DNA of 64,000 nucleotides from Escherichia coli (GCF_045037415.1 NZ_CP173438.1), one strand, 5' to 3'; positions 8,672 to 23,627 are shown, counted from the stretch's first letter. The notes: generated by a model not told the origin, from the sequence alone. Numbers and translations are program-made.

Positions 8672-11545
8672 ATGACACAGACGTTAAGCCAGCTTGAAAA
8701 CAGCGGCGCTTTTATTGAACGCCATATCGGACCGGACGCCGCGCAACAGCAAGAAATGCTGAATGCCGTTGGCGCACAATCGTTAAACGCGCTGACCGGC
8801 CAGATTGTGCCGAAAGATATTCAGCTTGCGACTCCGCCGCAGGTTGGCGCACCGGCGACCGAATACGCCGCACTGGCAGAACTCAAGGCTATTGCCAGTC
8901 GCAATAAACGCTTCACGTCTTACATCGGCATGGGTTACACCGCCGTGCAGCTACCGCCGGTTATCCTGCGTAACATGCTGGAAAATCCGGGCTGGTATAC
9001 CGCGTATACTCCGTATCAACCTGAAGTCTCCCAGGGCCGCCTTGAAGCACTGCTCAACTTCCAGCAGGTAACGCTGGATTTAACCGGGCTGGATATGGCC
9101 TCTGCTTCTCTTCTTGACGAAGCCACCGCTGCCGCCGAAGCAATGGCGATGGCGAAACGCGTCAGCAAACTGAAAAATGCCAACCGCTTCTTTGTTGCTT
9201 CTGACGTTCATCCGCAAACGCTGGATGTGGTCCGTACTCGTGCCGAAACCTTTGGTTTTGAAGTGATTGTCGATGATGCGCAAAAAGTGCTCGACCATCA
9301 GGACGTCTTCGGCGCGCTGTTACAGCAGGTCGGCACTACTGGTGAAATTCACGACTACACTGCGCTTATTAGCGAACTGAAATCACGCAAAATTGTGGTC
9401 AGCGTTGCCGCCGATATTATGGCGCTGGTGCTGTTAACTGCGCCAGGTAAACAGGGCGCGGATATTGTTTTTGGTTCGGCGCAACGCTTTGGCGTACCGA
9501 TGGGCTACGGTGGCCCACACGCGGCATTCTTTGCGGCGAAAGACGAATACAAACGCTCAATGCCGGGCCGTATTATCGGTGTATCGAAAGATGCAGCTGG
9601 CAACACCGCTCTGCGCATGGCGATGCAGACTCGTGAGCAACATATTCGTCGTGAAAAAGCGAACTCCAACATTTGTACATCCCAGGTCTTGCTGGCAAAC
9701 ATTGCCAGTCTGTATGCCGTTTACCACGGTCCGGTTGGCCTGAAACGTATCGCTAACCGCATCCACCGTCTGACCGATATCCTGGCGGCGGGCCTGCAAC
9801 AAAAAGGTCTGAAGCTGCGCCATGCGCACTATTTCGATACTTTGTGTGTGGAAGTGGCCGACAAAGCGGGCGTGCTGGCGCGTGCCGAAGCGGCTGAAAT
9901 CAACCTGCGTAGCGATATTCTGAACGCGGTTGGGATCACCCTTGATGAAACCACTACGCGCGAAAACGTGATGCAGCTTTTCAGCGTGCTGTTGGGCGAT
10001 AACCACGGGCTGGACATCGACACACTGGACAAAGACGTGGCTCACGACAGTCGCTCTATTCAGGCTGCGATGCTGCGCGACGACGAAATCCTCACCCATC
10101 CGGTGTTTAATCGCTACCACAGCGAAACCGAAATGATGCGCTATATGCACTCGCTGGAGCGTAAAGATCTGGCGCTGAATCAGGCGATGATCCCGCTGGG
10201 TTCCTGCACCATGAAACTGAACGCCGCCGCCGAGATGATCCCGATCACCTGGCCGGAATTTGCCGAACTGCACCCGTTCTGCCCGCCGGAACAGGCTGAA
10301 GGTTATCAGCAGATGATCGCGCAGCTGGCTGAGTGGCTGGTGAAACTGACCGGTTACGACGCCGTTTGTATGCAGCCGAACTCTGGCGCACAGGGCGAAT
10401 ACGCGGGCCTGCTGGCGATTCGTCATTATCATGAAAGCCGCAACGAAGGGCATCGCGATATCTGCCTGATCCCGGCTTCTGCGCACGGCACTAACCCGGC
10501 TTCCGCGCATATGGCAGGAATGCAGGTGGTGGTTGTGGCGTGTGATAAAAACGGCAACATCGATCTGACTGATCTGCGCGCGAAAGCCGAACAGGCGGGC
10601 GATAACCTCTCCTGTATCATGGTGACCTATCCTTCCACCCACGGCGTGTATGAAGAAACGATCCGTGAAGTGTGTGAAGTCGTGCATCAGTTCGGCGGTC
10701 AGGTTTACCTTGATGGCGCGAACATGAACGCTCAGGTTGGCATCACCTCGCCGGGCTTTATTGGTGCGGACGTTTCCCACCTTAACCTGCATAAAACTTT
10801 CTGCATTCCGCATGGCGGTGGTGGTCCGGGTATGGGACCGATCGGTGTGAAAGCGCATCTGGCTCCGTTTGTACCGGGTCATAGCGTGGTGCAAATCGAA
10901 GGCATGTTAATCCGTCAGGGCGCGGTTTCTGCGGCACCGTTCGGTAGTGCCTCTATCCTGCCAATCAGCTGGATGTACATCCGCATGATGGGCGCAGAAG
11001 GGCTGAAAAAAGCAAGCCAGGTGGCAATTCTTAACGCCAACTATATTGCCAGCCGTCTGCAGGATGCCTTCCCGGTGCTGTATACCGGTCGCGACGGTCG
11101 CGTGGCGCACGAATGTATTCTCGATATTCGCCCGCTGAAAGAAGAAACCGGCATCAGCGAGCTGGATATTGCCAAGCGCCTGATCGACTACGGTTTCCAC
11201 GCGCCGACCATGTCGTTCCCGGTGGCGGGTACGCTGATGGTTGAACCGACTGAATCTGAAAGCAAAGTGGAACTGGATCGCTTTATCGATGCGATGCTGG
11301 CTATCCGCGCAGAAATTGACCAGGTGAAAGCCGGTGTCTGGCCGCTGGAAGATAACCCGCTGGTGAACGCGCCGCACATTCAGAGCGAACTGGTCGCCGA
11401 GTGGGCGCATCCGTACAGTCGTGAAGTTGCAGTATTCCCGGCAGGTGTGGCAGACAAATACTGGCCGACCGTGAAACGTCTGGATGATGTTTACGGCGAC
11501 CGTAACCTGTTCTGCTCCTGCGTACCGATTAGCGAATACCAGTAA
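8672..11545 (+). CDS. gcvP: Glycine dehydrogenase (decarboxylating), glycine cleavage P protein
   Basis: 957-aa [33 protein letters not shown]...; length and sequence match GcvP. Confidence 0.95.
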   Translation: MTQTLSQLENSGAFIERHIGPDAAQQQEMLNAVGAQSLNALTGQIVPKDIQLATPPQVGAPATEYAALAELKAIASRNKRFTSYIGMGYTAVQLPPVILRNMLENPGWYTAYTPYQPEVSQGRLEALLNFQQVTLDLTGLDMASASLLDEATAAAEAMAMAKRVSKLKNANRFFVASDVHPQTLDVVRTRAETFGFEVIVDDAQKVLDHQDVFGALLQQVGTTGEIHDYTALISELKSRKIVVSVAADIMALVLLTAPGKQGADIVFGSAQRFGVPMGYGGPHAAFFAAKDEYKRSMPGRIIGVSKDAAGNTALRMAMQTREQHIRREKANSNICTSQVLLANIASLYAVYHGPVGLKRIANRIHRLTDILAAGLQQKGLKLRHAHYFDTLCVEVADKAGVLARAEAAEINLRSDILNAVGITLDETTTRENVMQLFSVLLGDNHGLDIDTLDKDVAHDSRSIQAAMLRDDEILTHPVFNRYHSETEMMRYMHSLERKDLALNQAMIPLGSCTMKLNAAAEMIPITWPEFAELHPFCPPEQAEGYQQMIAQLAEWLVKLTGYDAVCMQPNSGAQGEYAGLLAIRHYHESRNEGHRDICLIPASAHGTNPASAHMAGMQVVVVACDKNGNIDLTDLRAKAEQAGDNLSCIMVTYPSTHGVYEETIREVCEVVHQFGGQVYLDGANMNAQVGITSPGFIGADVSHLNLHKTFCIPHGGGGPGMGPIGVKAHLAPFVPGHSVVQIEGMLIRQGAVSAAPFGSASILPISWMYIRMMGAEGLKKASQVAILNANYIASRLQDAFPVLYTGRDGRVAHECILDIRPLKEETGISELDIAKRLIDYGFHAPTMSFPVAGTLMVEPTESESKVELDRFIDAMLAIRAEIDQVKAGVWPLEDNPLVNAPHIQSELVAEWAHPYSREVAVFPAGVADKYWPTVKRLDDVYGDRNLFCSCVPISEYQ

Positions 11546-11567
11546 TTTACTGATTCGACTATCTTCT

Positions 11568-11590
11568 AAAGGCGCTTCGGCGCCTTTTTC
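11568..11590 (+). terminator. Rho-independent terminator of gcvTHP
   Basis: ggcgc-ttcg-gcgcc hairpin followed by ttttt about 22 nt after the gcvP stop; flanked by A-run, so possibly bidirectional. Confidence 0.7.
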
Positions 11591-11710
11591 GCTTGTTAAT
11601 AAAGTGCGCTTTGTGTGTTTCGGTTGAGGCGTAATATAAAATATTGCGAGCTCAATATATTAAAAGAGTGCCAGGCCTGATGAGCGGAGCACATCAGGCA
11701 CATCGGCTAA

Positions 11711-13171
<1,461 letters not shown>

Positions 13172-13188
13172 TTACAGGAAATATTACC

Positions 13189-13500
13189 ATGCAGCCAAAC
13201 GACATCACTTTTTTTCAACGTTTCCAGGATGACATTCTGGCTGGGCGTAAAACCATCACCATCCGCGACGAGTCTGAATCGCACTTCAAAACGGGTGATG
13301 TGCTTCGTGTCGGACGTTTTGAAGATGACGGTTATTTTTGCACGATTGAAGTCACCGCAACCTCAACCGTAACGCTGGATACGCTGACGGAAAAACATGC
13401 AGAGCAGGAAAATATGACCCTGACTGAACTGAAAAAGGTCATTGCCGACATCTATCCCGACCAGACACAGTTTTATGTGATTGAATTTAAATGTCTTTAA
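13189..13500 (+). CDS. yqfB: ASCH-domain protein YqfB
   Basis: 103-aa [31 protein letters not shown]...; divergent from bglA. Confidence 0.9.
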
Positions 13501-13660
13501 ATTGAACTCACGCCTGTTAGTTGAAATTTCGCATTTAATTTCATGATTTTTCGGAGATTAATCTCAAATCAGAATTTATTTTAGCTAACAGGTGTTCACT
13601 GGAACTATTCTCAGTTACGCTGGAGAGGTATACATGTGCGTGTACGTTTTTCCGGAGTAA

Positions 13661-14323
<663 letters not shown>

Positions 14324-14329
14324 TTGGCG

Positions 14330-14395
14330 TGCCTTTGTAGGCCTGAAAAGACACACCAGTGTCGCATCAGGCGATAAATGCCTGATGCGATACAG
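14330..14395. repeat. REP-type palindromic elements
   Basis: Inverted REP-like units (gtcgcatcaggcg / gcctgatgcgat) between the convergent stops of yqfA and ygfZ. Confidence 0.5.
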
Positions 14396-14399
14396 AGAT

Positions 14400-15380
14400 T
14401 TACTCTTCCAGCGAATATGGCAGTGGCTCAATACGCAATGTATTCGCATCGTCACGCACGCGGAAGATGCTGTCCGGTTCCATATCGTTATTCATGACAA
14501 CCTGCACCACAACCTGACCATCTTCCAGTTTGACCGCAGCCAGCACCGTACCGGTACGACGCCAGTTCTCGCCCATTTTCAGCTCTAAGTCTTCACCAGC
14601 TTCCGGCAGTCGGCTGGCGCTACCCGTCAGCAACCAGAGCGCGCGTTTGTTGGCACCACGGAATTTTGCTCGCGCCACCATCTCTTGTCCGGTATAGCAG
14701 CCTTTCTTAAAGCTGATGCCGCCCAGCGCCTGGAGGTTGGTCGCCTGGGGGATAAACTGCCCGCTGTTGGCGGCATCAATCACCGGAAAACCCGCTTCAA
14801 TGTTTAATGCCAGCCACTGTTGGCTATTGTTCAGTTCCGCTTCACCGCGCAGTTTATCGGTCAGCATATTGGCAGTAGCTTCATCGGTTACGATCAGGAA
14901 ACGTTCTGCCGGGTGTTCAAACCATAGCAACGTGGTCGCGCCTTCTTTGACTACCTGTTTTTCTCTCGAAGGTAGTTCACTAAAGAGATTTGCCAACGCG
15001 GTGCGCGCCTGAAAACCGGCAACACCAAGCAGCACACGCTCGTCGTCTGGCGCGATGGTCACTTTAGAGAACACCGCATATTTTTTCAGTTCAGTCAGCT
15101 GCGGTTCACGCACGCTGCGCCGTTCAATCCATGCAAAGCCATCGCCGTCGCGGAACAGACGTAAATTGCTCCACATTTTACCTTTGGCGTCGCAATGGGC
15201 GGCGAGCAGGTGCTGATCTTCAGTCATCTGGCTGACATCTGCTGTCACCTGGCCTTGCATATATTTTTCGCTGTCCGCGCCAGTAATAGTGGCAAGCGCC
15301 CAGTCATCAAGCGTCATCAGCGTCAGTGGCAAACGGGCAGAAGCCGTAGGCTGACGGGGAGGAAAAGGTGTAAAAGCCAT
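14400..15380 (-). CDS. ygfZ: tRNA-modifying folate-binding protein YgfZ
   Basis: 326-aa [52 protein letters not shown]... Confidence 0.93.
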   Translation of the reverse strand: MAFTPFPPRQPTASARLPLTLMTLDDWALATITGADSEKYMQGQVTADVSQMTEDQHLLAAHCDAKGKMWSNLRLFRDGDGFAWIERRSVREPQLTELKKYAVFSKVTIAPDDERVLLGVAGFQARTALANLFSELPSREKQVVKEGATTLLWFEHPAERFLIVTDEATANMLTDKLRGEAELNNSQQWLALNIEAGFPVIDAANSGQFIPQATNLQALGGISFKKGCYTGQEMVARAKFRGANKRALWLLTGSASRLPEAGEDLELKMGENWRRTGTVLAAVKLEDGQVVVQVVMNNDMEPDSIFRVRDDANTLRIEPLPYSLEE

Positions 15381-15610
15381 AATAGAGTCCTGAGTTGCTT
15401 AACGGCGTATTAATCACTAATGGTAAAAGAGCTATGAGGCAATGCAAGTGCTTTCACTGCGCGATCTGTGCCTTCTGCGAGGCGACTTCCAAAAAAATGA
15501 AGCCCTTGAATTGTTGTGAATTAATTTCGCGATCGCGATTGTGTTTACTGATATTCCCGTAAAAGAAGTCGAAAAACACGTTACAATAGCCGGGTACTGG
15601 ATTTTCGTGA

Positions 15611-16277
<667 letters not shown>

Positions 16278-16316
16278 AGATGACGGCAAAGCATATGTGC
16301 TAAGCCGTCAGTGACA

Positions 16317-16838
16317 TCAGGCGTAATGCTCTGCCATTTCGTTGAGGATTTGCTCGCACCAGCTTTGAATACGCTCGTCGCTAAGGTCATACTGGTTAGT
16401 TTCATCCAGCGCCAGACCCACGAACAGTTGCCCGTCAGCAATCACCGGTTTCGGACTGGTAAATTCATATCCTTCCGTTGGCCAGTAGCCGACGAACTTC
16501 ACGCCTTTGGTCGAGAGTTTGTCATGCAGCATACCGAGCGCATCGAGGAACCACTCGCCGTATCCCAGTTGATCGCCAAGCCCATACAGCGCAACAATTT
16601 TACCTTCGAGGTTCAGGTCGTCGAGCTGATCCCAGACGGCTTCCCAGTCTTCCTGGATTTCGCCAAAATCCCAGGTCGGGATACCCAGAATGAGCACATC
16701 GTACTGCTCCATTAATTTCGGGGAGTCGTCCTTGAGGTTATGTAAGGTCACCAGTTCTGGGCCGATAATATCGCGGATTTTTTCTGCCGCCATTTCGGTG
16801 TAACAGGTGCTGGAACCGTAAAAAAGACCCATATTCAT
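16317..16838 (-). CDS. fldB: Flavodoxin 2
   Basis: 173-aa [29 protein letters not shown]...; flavodoxin FMN-binding N-terminus. Confidence 0.93.
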
Positions 16839-16949
16839 AACGTAAGCTTCTCGATTCTGCTGTGGCTTTTGCGGCTAGTGTATCAGAATCGCTTTAGTCA
16901 CGGCACAATAAGGCATAATGGATCAAATGAGTGACCATAAGGGGCGCAA

Positions 16950-17846
16950 GTGAAACAGGATCTGGCACGCATCGAGCAGTTTCTTGATGCTCTGTGGCTG
17001 GAAAAAAATCTGGCTGAAAATACGTTGAACGCTTACCGTCGCGATCTGTCAATGATGGTGGAGTGGTTGCATCACCGCGGGTTGACGCTGGCGACGGCGC
17101 AAAGTGACGATTTGCAGGCATTACTGGCAGAACGGCTGGAGGGCGGGTATAAAGCCACCAGCTCAGCGCGTTTGCTGAGTGCAGTGCGCCGATTGTTCCA
17201 GTATCTTTATCGCGAAAAGTTTCGTGAAGATGATCCCAGTGCGCATCTCGCTTCACCGAAATTGCCCCAGCGTTTGCCAAAAGATTTAAGCGAAGCGCAG
17301 GTCGAACGTTTATTACAGGCACCATTAATTGATCAGCCACTGGAGCTACGCGATAAAGCCATGCTTGAAGTGTTGTATGCTACCGGACTGCGTGTCTCTG
17401 AACTGGTCGGGCTGACAATGAGTGATATCAGCCTGCGTCAGGGCGTGGTGCGGGTCATTGGTAAAGGCAACAAAGAGCGCCTGGTGCCGTTAGGTGAAGA
17501 GGCGGTTTACTGGCTGGAAACCTATCTGGAACATGGGCGTCCGTGGCTGTTGAATGGTGTGTCAATTGACGTGTTGTTTCCCAGCCAGCGTGCGCAGCAG
17601 ATGACGCGACAGACCTTCTGGCACCGCATTAAACATTATGCCGTGCTGGCGGGTATCGACAGCGAAAAGCTGTCACCGCATGTGTTGCGTCACGCTTTTG
17701 CCACTCACTTATTAAATCATGGTGCGGATTTACGCGTGGTGCAGATGCTACTGGGCCACAGCGATCTCTCCACCACGCAAATTTATACGCATGTCGCTAC
17801 CGAGCGTCTGCGACAACTTCATCAACAGCATCACCCGCGGGCGTGA
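16950..17846 (+). CDS. xerD: Site-specific tyrosine recombinase XerD
   Basis: 298 aa; catalytic C-terminal motifs LRHAFATHLLNHGADLRVVQMLLGHSDLSTTQIYTHV. Confidence 0.95.
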   Translation: MKQDLARIEQFLDALWLEKNLAENTLNAYRRDLSMMVEWLHHRGLTLATAQSDDLQALLAERLEGGYKATSSARLLSAVRRLFQYLYREKFREDDPSAHLASPKLPQRLPKDLSEAQVERLLQAPLIDQPLELRDKAMLEVLYATGLRVSELVGLTMSDISLRQGVVRVIGKGNKERLVPLGEEAVYWLETYLEHGRPWLLNGVSIDVLFPSQRAQQMTRQTFWHRIKHYAVLAGIDSEKLSPHVLRHAFATHLLNHGADLRVVQMLLGHSDLSTTQIYTHVATERLRQLHQQHHPRA

Positions 17847-17870
17847 TGTCTGAAAAGAACAGGAAAATTT

Positions 17871-18581
17871 ATGAAGAAAGGTTTTATGTTATTTACCTTG
17901 TTGGCAGCGTTTTCAGGCTTTGTTCAGGCTGATGACGCGGCAATTCAACAAACGTTAGCCAAAATGGGCATCAAAAGCAGCGATATTCAGCCCGCGCCCG
18001 TAGCTGGCATGAAGACAGTTCTGACTAACAGCGGTGTGTTGTACATCACCGATGATGGTAAACATATCATTCAGGGGCCAATGTATGACGTTAGTGGCAC
18101 GGCTCCGGTCAATGTCACCAATAAGATGCTGTTAAAGCAGTTGAATGCGCTTGAAAAAGAGATGATCGTTTATAAAGCGCCGCAGGAAAAACACGTCATC
18201 ACCGTGTTTACTGATATTACCTGTGGTTACTGCCACAAACTGCATGAGCAAATGGCAGACTATAACGCGCTGGGGATCACCGTGCGTTATCTTGCTTTCC
18301 CGCGCCAGGGGCTGGACAGCGATGCAGAGAAAGAAATGAAAGCTATCTGGTGTGCGAAAGATAAAAACAAAGCGTTTGATGATGTGATGGCAGGTAAAAG
18401 CGTCGCACCAGCCAGCTGCGACGTAGATATTGCCGACCATTACGCACTTGGCGTCCAGCTTGGCGTTAGCGGTACTCCGGCAGTTGTGCTGAGCAATGGC
18501 ACACTTGTTCCGGGTTACCAGCCGCCGAAAGACATGAAAGAATTCCTCGACGAACACCAAAAAATGACCAGCGGTAAATAA
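17871..18581 (+). CDS. dsbC: Thiol:disulfide interchange protein DsbC
   Basis: 236 aa; signal peptide; CGYC active site in TDITCGYCHKLH. Confidence 0.95.
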   Translation: MKKGFMLFTLLAAFSGFVQADDAAIQQTLAKMGIKSSDIQPAPVAGMKTVLTNSGVLYITDDGKHIIQGPMYDVSGTAPVNVTNKMLLKQLNALEKEMIVYKAPQEKHVITVFTDITCGYCHKLHEQMADYNALGITVRYLAFPRQGLDSDAEKEMKAIWCAKDKNKAFDDVMAGKSVAPASCDVDIADHYALGVQLGVSGTPAVVLSNGTLVPGYQPPKDMKEFLDEHQKMTSGK

Positions 18582-18586
18582 TTCGC

Positions 18587-20320
18587 GTGAAACAACAGAT
18601 ACAACTTCGTCGCCGTGAAGTCGATGAAACGGCCGACTTGCCCGCTGAATTGCCTCCCTTGCTGCGCCGTTTATATGCCAGCCGGGGTGTGCGTAGCGCG
18701 CAGGAACTGGAACGCAGTGTTAAAGGCATGCTGCCCTGGCAGCAACTGAGCGGCGTCGAAAAGGCCGTTGAGATCCTTTACAACGCTTTTCGCGAAGGAA
18801 CGCGGATTATTGTGGTCGGTGATTTCGACGCCGACGGTGCCACCAGCACGGCTCTAAGCGTGCTGGCGATGCGCTCGCTTGGTTGCAGCAATATCGACTA
18901 CCTGGTTCCAAACCGTTTCGAAGACGGTTACGGCTTAAGCCCGGAAGTAGTCGATCAGGCTCATGCCCGTGGCGCGCAGTTAATTGTCACGGTGGATAAC
19001 GGTATTTCCTCCCATGCGGGGGTTGAACACGCTCGTTCGTTGGGCATTCCGGTTATTGTTACCGATCACCATTTGCCAGGCGACACATTACCCGCAGCGG
19101 AAGCGATCATTAACCCTAACTTGCGCGACTGTAATTTCCCGTCGAAATCACTGGCGGGCGTTGGCGTGGCGTTTTATCTGATGCTGGCGCTGCGCACCTT
19201 TTTGCGCGATCAGGGCTGGTTTGATGAGCGCGGCATCGCAATTCCTAATCTGGCAGAACTGCTGGATCTGGTAGCGTTGGGGACAGTGGCGGACGTCGTG
19301 CCGCTGGACGCTAATAATCGCATTCTGACCTGGCAGGGGATGAGTCGCATCCGTGCCGGAAAGTGCCGTCCGGGGATTAAAGCGTTGCTGGAAGTGGCCA
19401 ATCGCGATCCACAAAAACTCGCCGCCAGCGATTTAGGTTTTGCGCTGGGGCCACGTCTCAATGCTGCCGGGCGACTGGACGATATGTCCGTTGGCGTGGC
19501 GCTGTTGCTGTGCGACAACATCGGCGAAGCGCGCGTGCTGGCAAATGAACTCGATGCGCTAAACCAGACGCGAAAAGAGATCGAACAGGGAATGCAAGTT
19601 GAAGCCCTGACCTTGTGCGAGAAACTGGAGCGCAGCCGCGACACGCTACCCGGCGGGCTGGCAATGTATCACCCCGAATGGCATCAGGGCGTTGTCGGTA
19701 TTCTGGCTTCGCGCATCAAAGAGCGTTTTCATCGTCCGGTTATCGCCTTTGCGCCAGCTGGTGATGGTACGCTGAAAGGTTCCGGTCGCTCCATTCAGGG
19801 GCTGCATATGCGTGATGCGCTGGAGCGGCTAGACACGCTTTACCCCGGCATGATGCTCAAGTTTGGCGGTCATGCGATGGCGGCGGGTTTGTCGCTGGAA
19901 GAGGAGAAATTCGAACTCTTTCAACAACGGTTTGGCGAACTGGTTACTGAGTGGCTGGACCCTTCGCTATTGCAAGGCGAAGTGGTGTCGGACGGTCCGT
20001 TAAGTCCGGCCGAAATGACCATGGAAGTGGCGCAGCTGTTGCGCGATGCTGGCCCGTGGGGGCAGATGTTCCCGGAGCCGCTGTTTGATGGTCATTTCCG
20101 TCTGCTGCAACAGCGGCTGGTGGGCGAACGTCATTTGAAAGTCATGGTCGAACCGGTCGGCGGCGGTCCACTGCTGGACGGGATTGCTTTTAATGTCGAT
20201 ACCGCCCTCTGGCCGGATAACGGCGTGCGCGAAGTGCAACTGGCTTACAAGCTCGATATCAACGAGTTTCGCGGCAACCGCAGCCTGCAAATTATCATCG
20301 ACAATATCTGGCCAATTTAG
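18587..20320 (+). CDS. recJ: Single-stranded-DNA-specific exonuclease RecJ
   Basis: 577 aa; DHH phosphoesterase motifs (VGDFDADGATS, DHHLPG). Confidence 0.95.
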   Translation: MKQQIQLRRREVDETADLPAELPPLLRRLYASRGVRSAQELERSVKGMLPWQQLSGVEKAVEILYNAFREGTRIIVVGDFDADGATSTALSVLAMRSLGCSNIDYLVPNRFEDGYGLSPEVVDQAHARGAQLIVTVDNGISSHAGVEHARSLGIPVIVTDHHLPGDTLPAAEAIINPNLRDCNFPSKSLAGVGVAFYLMLALRTFLRDQGWFDERGIAIPNLAELLDLVALGTVADVVPLDANNRILTWQGMSRIRAGKCRPGIKALLEVANRDPQKLAASDLGFALGPRLNAAGRLDDMSVGVALLLCDNIGEARVLANELDALNQTRKEIEQGMQVEALTLCEKLERSRDTLPGGLAMYHPEWHQGVVGILASRIKERFHRPVIAFAPAGDGTLKGSGRSIQGLHMRDALERLDTLYPGMMLKFGGHAMAAGLSLEEEKFELFQQRFGELVTEWLDPSLLQGEVVSDGPLSPAEMTMEVAQLLRDAGPWGQMFPEPLFDGHFRLLQQRLVGERHLKVMVEPVGGGPLLDGIAFNVDTALWPDNGVREVQLAYKLDINEFRGNRSLQIIIDNIWPI

Positions 20321-20410
20321 CGTCATCTTCTCTATAAAAAAGAGCGTGGATTGGGTACAATCCCGCTCTTATCACCGCATTTTGACTAGCTCAATAAAAG
20401 AAATCAGACC

Positions 20411-21509
20411 ATGTTTGAAATTAATCCGGTAAATAATCGCATTCAGGACCTCACGGAACGCTCCGACGTTCTTAGGGGGTATCTTTGACTACGACGCCAA
20501 GAAAGAGCGTCTGGAAGAAGTAAACGCCGAGCTGGAACAGCCGGATGTCTGGAACGAACCCGAACGCGCACAGGCGCTGGGTAAAGAGCGTTCCTCCCTC
20601 GAAGCCGTTGTCGACACCCTCGACCAAATGAAACAGGGGCTGGAAGATGTTTCTGGTCTGCTGGAACTGGCTGTAGAAGCTGACGACGAAGAAACCTTTA
20701 ACGAAGCCGTTGCTGAACTCGACGCCCTGGAAGAAAAACTGGCGCAGCTTGAGTTCCGCCGTATGTTCTCTGGCGAATATGACAGCGCCGACTGCTACCT
20801 CGATATTCAGGCGGGGTCTGGCGGTACGGAAGCACAGGACTGGGCGAGCATGCTTGAGCGTATGTATCTGCGCTGGGCTGAATCGCGTGGTTTCAAAACT
20901 GAAATCATCGAAGAGTCGGAAGGTGAAGTGGCGGGTATTAAATCCGTGACGATCAAAATCTCCGGCGATTACGCTTATGGCTGGCTGCGTACAGAAACCG
21001 GCGTTCACCGCCTGGTGCGTAAGAGCCCGTTTGACTCCGGCGGTCGTCGCCACACGTCGTTCAGCTCCGCGTTTGTTTACCCGGAAGTTGATGATGATAT
21101 CGATATCGAAATCAATCCAGCGGATCTGCGCATCGACGTTTATCGCGCATCCGGCGCGGGCGGTCAGCACGTTAACCGTACCGAATCTGCGGTGCGTATT
21201 ACTCACATCCCAACCGGGATCGTGACCCAATGCCAGAACGACCGTTCCCAGCACAAGAACAAAGACCAGGCCATGAAGCAGATGAAAGCGAAGCTTTATG
21301 AACTGGAGATGCAGAAGAAAAATGCCGAGAAACAGGCGATGGAAGATAACAAATCCGACATCGGCTGGGGCAGCCAGATTCGTTCTTATGTCCTTGATGA
21401 CTCCCGCATTAAAGATCTGCGTACCGGGGTAGAAACTCGCAACACGCAGGCCGTGCTGGACGGCAGCCTGGATCAATTTATCGAAGCAAGTTTGAAAGCA
21501 GGGTTATGA
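20411..21509 (+). CDS. prfB: Peptide chain release factor 2 (requires programmed +1 frameshift)
   Basis: ATG opens a 25-codon frame ...AGG GGG TAT CTT TGA C; the +1 frame continues as [11 protein letters not shown]... into track ORF 20628..21509; GGQ motif ([13 protein letters not shown]) present. Joined product about 365 aa. Confidence 0.93.
20476..20490 (+). other. prfB programmed +1 ribosomal frameshift site (internal SD + CUU UGA C)
   Basis: Sequence agggggtatctttgac: SD-like AGGGGG, 3-nt spacer, slippery CUU followed by in-frame UGA. Confidence 0.9.
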
Positions 21510-21518
21510 GGAACCAAC

Positions 21519-23036
21519 ATGTCTGAACAACACGCACAGGGCGCTGACGCGGTAGTCGATCTTAACAATGAACTGAAAACGCGTCGTGAGAAGCTGGCGA
21601 ACCTGCGTGAGCAGGGGATTGCCTTCCCGAACGATTTCCGTCGCGATCATACCTCTGACCAATTGCACGCAGAATTCGACGGTAAAGAGAACGAAGAACT
21701 GGAAGCGCTGAACATCGAAGTCGCCGTTGCTGGCCGCATGATGACCCGTCGTATTATGGGTAAAGCGTCTTTCGTTACCCTGCAGGACGTTGGCGGTCGC
21801 ATTCAGTTGTACGTTGCCCGTGACGATCTGCCGGAAGGCGTTTACAACGAGCAGTTCAAAAAATGGGACCTCGGCGATATCCTCGGCGCGAAAGGTAAAC
21901 TGTTCAAAACCAAAACCGGCGAACTGTCTATCCACTGTACCGAGCTGCGTCTGCTGACCAAAGCACTGCGTCCGCTGCCGGATAAATTCCACGGCTTGCA
22001 GGATCAGGAAGCGCGCTATCGTCAGCGTTATTTGGATCTCATCTCTAACGATGAATCCCGCAACACCTTTAAAGTGCGCTCGCAGATCCTCTCTGGTATT
22101 CGCCAGTTCATGGTGAACCGCGGCTTTATGGAAGTTGAAACGCCGATGATGCAGGTGATCCCTGGCGGTGCCGCTGCGCGTCCGTTTATCACTCACCATA
22201 ACGCGCTGGATCTCGACATGTACCTGCGTATCGCGCCGGAACTGTACCTCAAGCGTCTGGTGGTCGGTGGCTTCGAGCGTGTATTCGAAATCAACCGTAA
22301 CTTCCGTAACGAAGGTATTTCCGTACGTCATAACCCAGAGTTCACCATGATGGAACTCTATATGGCTTACGCAGATTACAAAGATCTGATCGAGCTGACC
22401 GAATCGCTGTTCCGTACTCTGGCACAGGATATTCTCGGTAAGACGGAAGTGACCTACGGCGACGTAACGCTGGACTTCGGTAAACCGTTCGAAAAACTGA
22501 CCATGCGTGAAGCGATCAAGAAATATCGCCCGGAAACCGACATGGCGGATCTGGACAACTTCGACTCTGCGAAAGCGATTGCTGAATCTATCGGCATCCA
22601 CGTTGAAAAGAGCTGGGGTCTGGGCCGTATCGTTACCGAGATCTTCGAAGAAGTGGCAGAAGCTCATCTGATCCAGCCGACCTTCATTACTGAATATCCG
22701 GCAGAAGTTTCTCCTCTGGCGCGTCGTAACGACGTTAACCCGGAAATCACAGACCGCTTTGAGTTCTTCATTGGTGGGCGTGAAATCGGTAACGGCTTTA
22801 GCGAACTGAATGACGCGGAAGATCAGGCGCAGCGCTTCCTGGATCAGGTTGCCGCGAAAGATGCAGGTGACGACGAAGCGATGTTCTACGACGAAGATTA
22901 TGTCACCGCACTGGAACATGGCTTACCGCCGACAGCCGGTCTGGGAATTGGTATCGACCGTATGGTGATGCTGTTCACCAACAGCCATACCATCCGCGAC
23001 GTTATTCTGTTCCCGGCGATGCGTCCGGTAAAATAA
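21519..23036 (+). CDS. lysS: Lysyl-tRNA synthetase (constitutive)
   Basis: 505 aa, [33 protein letters not shown]...; 9-nt spacing after the prfB stop. Confidence 0.96.
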
Positions 23037-23056
23037 GCATTACGTTATGCTCACAA

Positions 23057-23080
23057 CCCCGGCAACCGTCGGGGTTTTTT
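23057..23080 (+). terminator. Rho-independent terminator after lysS
   Basis: ccccg-gcaaccgt-cgggg hairpin followed by tttttt; the convergent idi stop codon lies in the T-run. Confidence 0.75.
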
Positions 23081-23627
23081 ATTTAAGTTGGGTAAATGCA
23101 GATAATCGTTTTCTGGCTTCGCGATTTGTCGCCTGCATCACCATCCACGGACTGAACGCCCACGGCGTAGCATCAATACCGCGTAAAACCGCTGCTAAAT
23201 CACACCATTGATAATCCATCACTTCATCATCGTTGATCTGTAACGCACTGGTCGTGCGTGCGGCAAATACCGGACACACTTCATTTTCCACAATGCCATT
23301 CGGATCGGTGGCGCGGTAGCGAAAGTCAGGATAGATAGATTCAGGAGGCGTAATTTCTACGCCAAGCTCATAACGGCAACGGCGGATCACCGCCTCTTCG
23401 TTGCTTTCTCCCAGTTGTGGGTGCCCACAAACCGAGTTAGTCCACACGCCAGGCCATGCTTTTTTGCTAAGGGCGCGGCGGGTAACTAATAATTGCCCTT
23501 TGGCATTAAACAGCCAACTGGAAAACGCGAGATGTAAGAGGGTGTCTGCCGTGTGTGCGGCATACTTTTCCAGCGTACCCGTGGGAACTCCCTGTGCATT
23601 CAATAAAATGACGTGTTCCGTTTGCAT
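23079..23627 (-). CDS. idi: Isopentenyl-diphosphate delta-isomerase (Nudix)
   Basis: 182-aa [44 protein letters not shown]... Confidence 0.94.
   Translation of the reverse strand: MQTEHVILLNAQGVPTGTLEKYAAHTADTLLHLAFSSWLFNAKGQLLVTRRALSKKAWPGVWTNSVCGHPQLGESNEEAVIRRCRYELGVEITPPESIYPDFRYRATDPNGIVENEVCPVFAARTTSALQINDDEVMDYQWCDLAAVLRGIDATPWAFSPWMVMQATNREARKRLSAFTQLK

Noticed and set aside
9557-10894. 445-aa ORF antisense to gcvP; similar long antisense ORFs lie within lysS (21504..22919), prfB (20472..21476), bglA (11801..12916), uacT (24838..25485) and ygfK (37663..38388).
   Set aside because: Each lies entirely inside a well-supported gene on the opposite strand, has no recognisable domain and a low-complexity composition; typical shadow ORFs.
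20470-20500. prfB as a frameshifted pseudogene.
   Set aside because: The interruption is the conserved programmed +1 frameshift site of RF2, not a disabling mutation.
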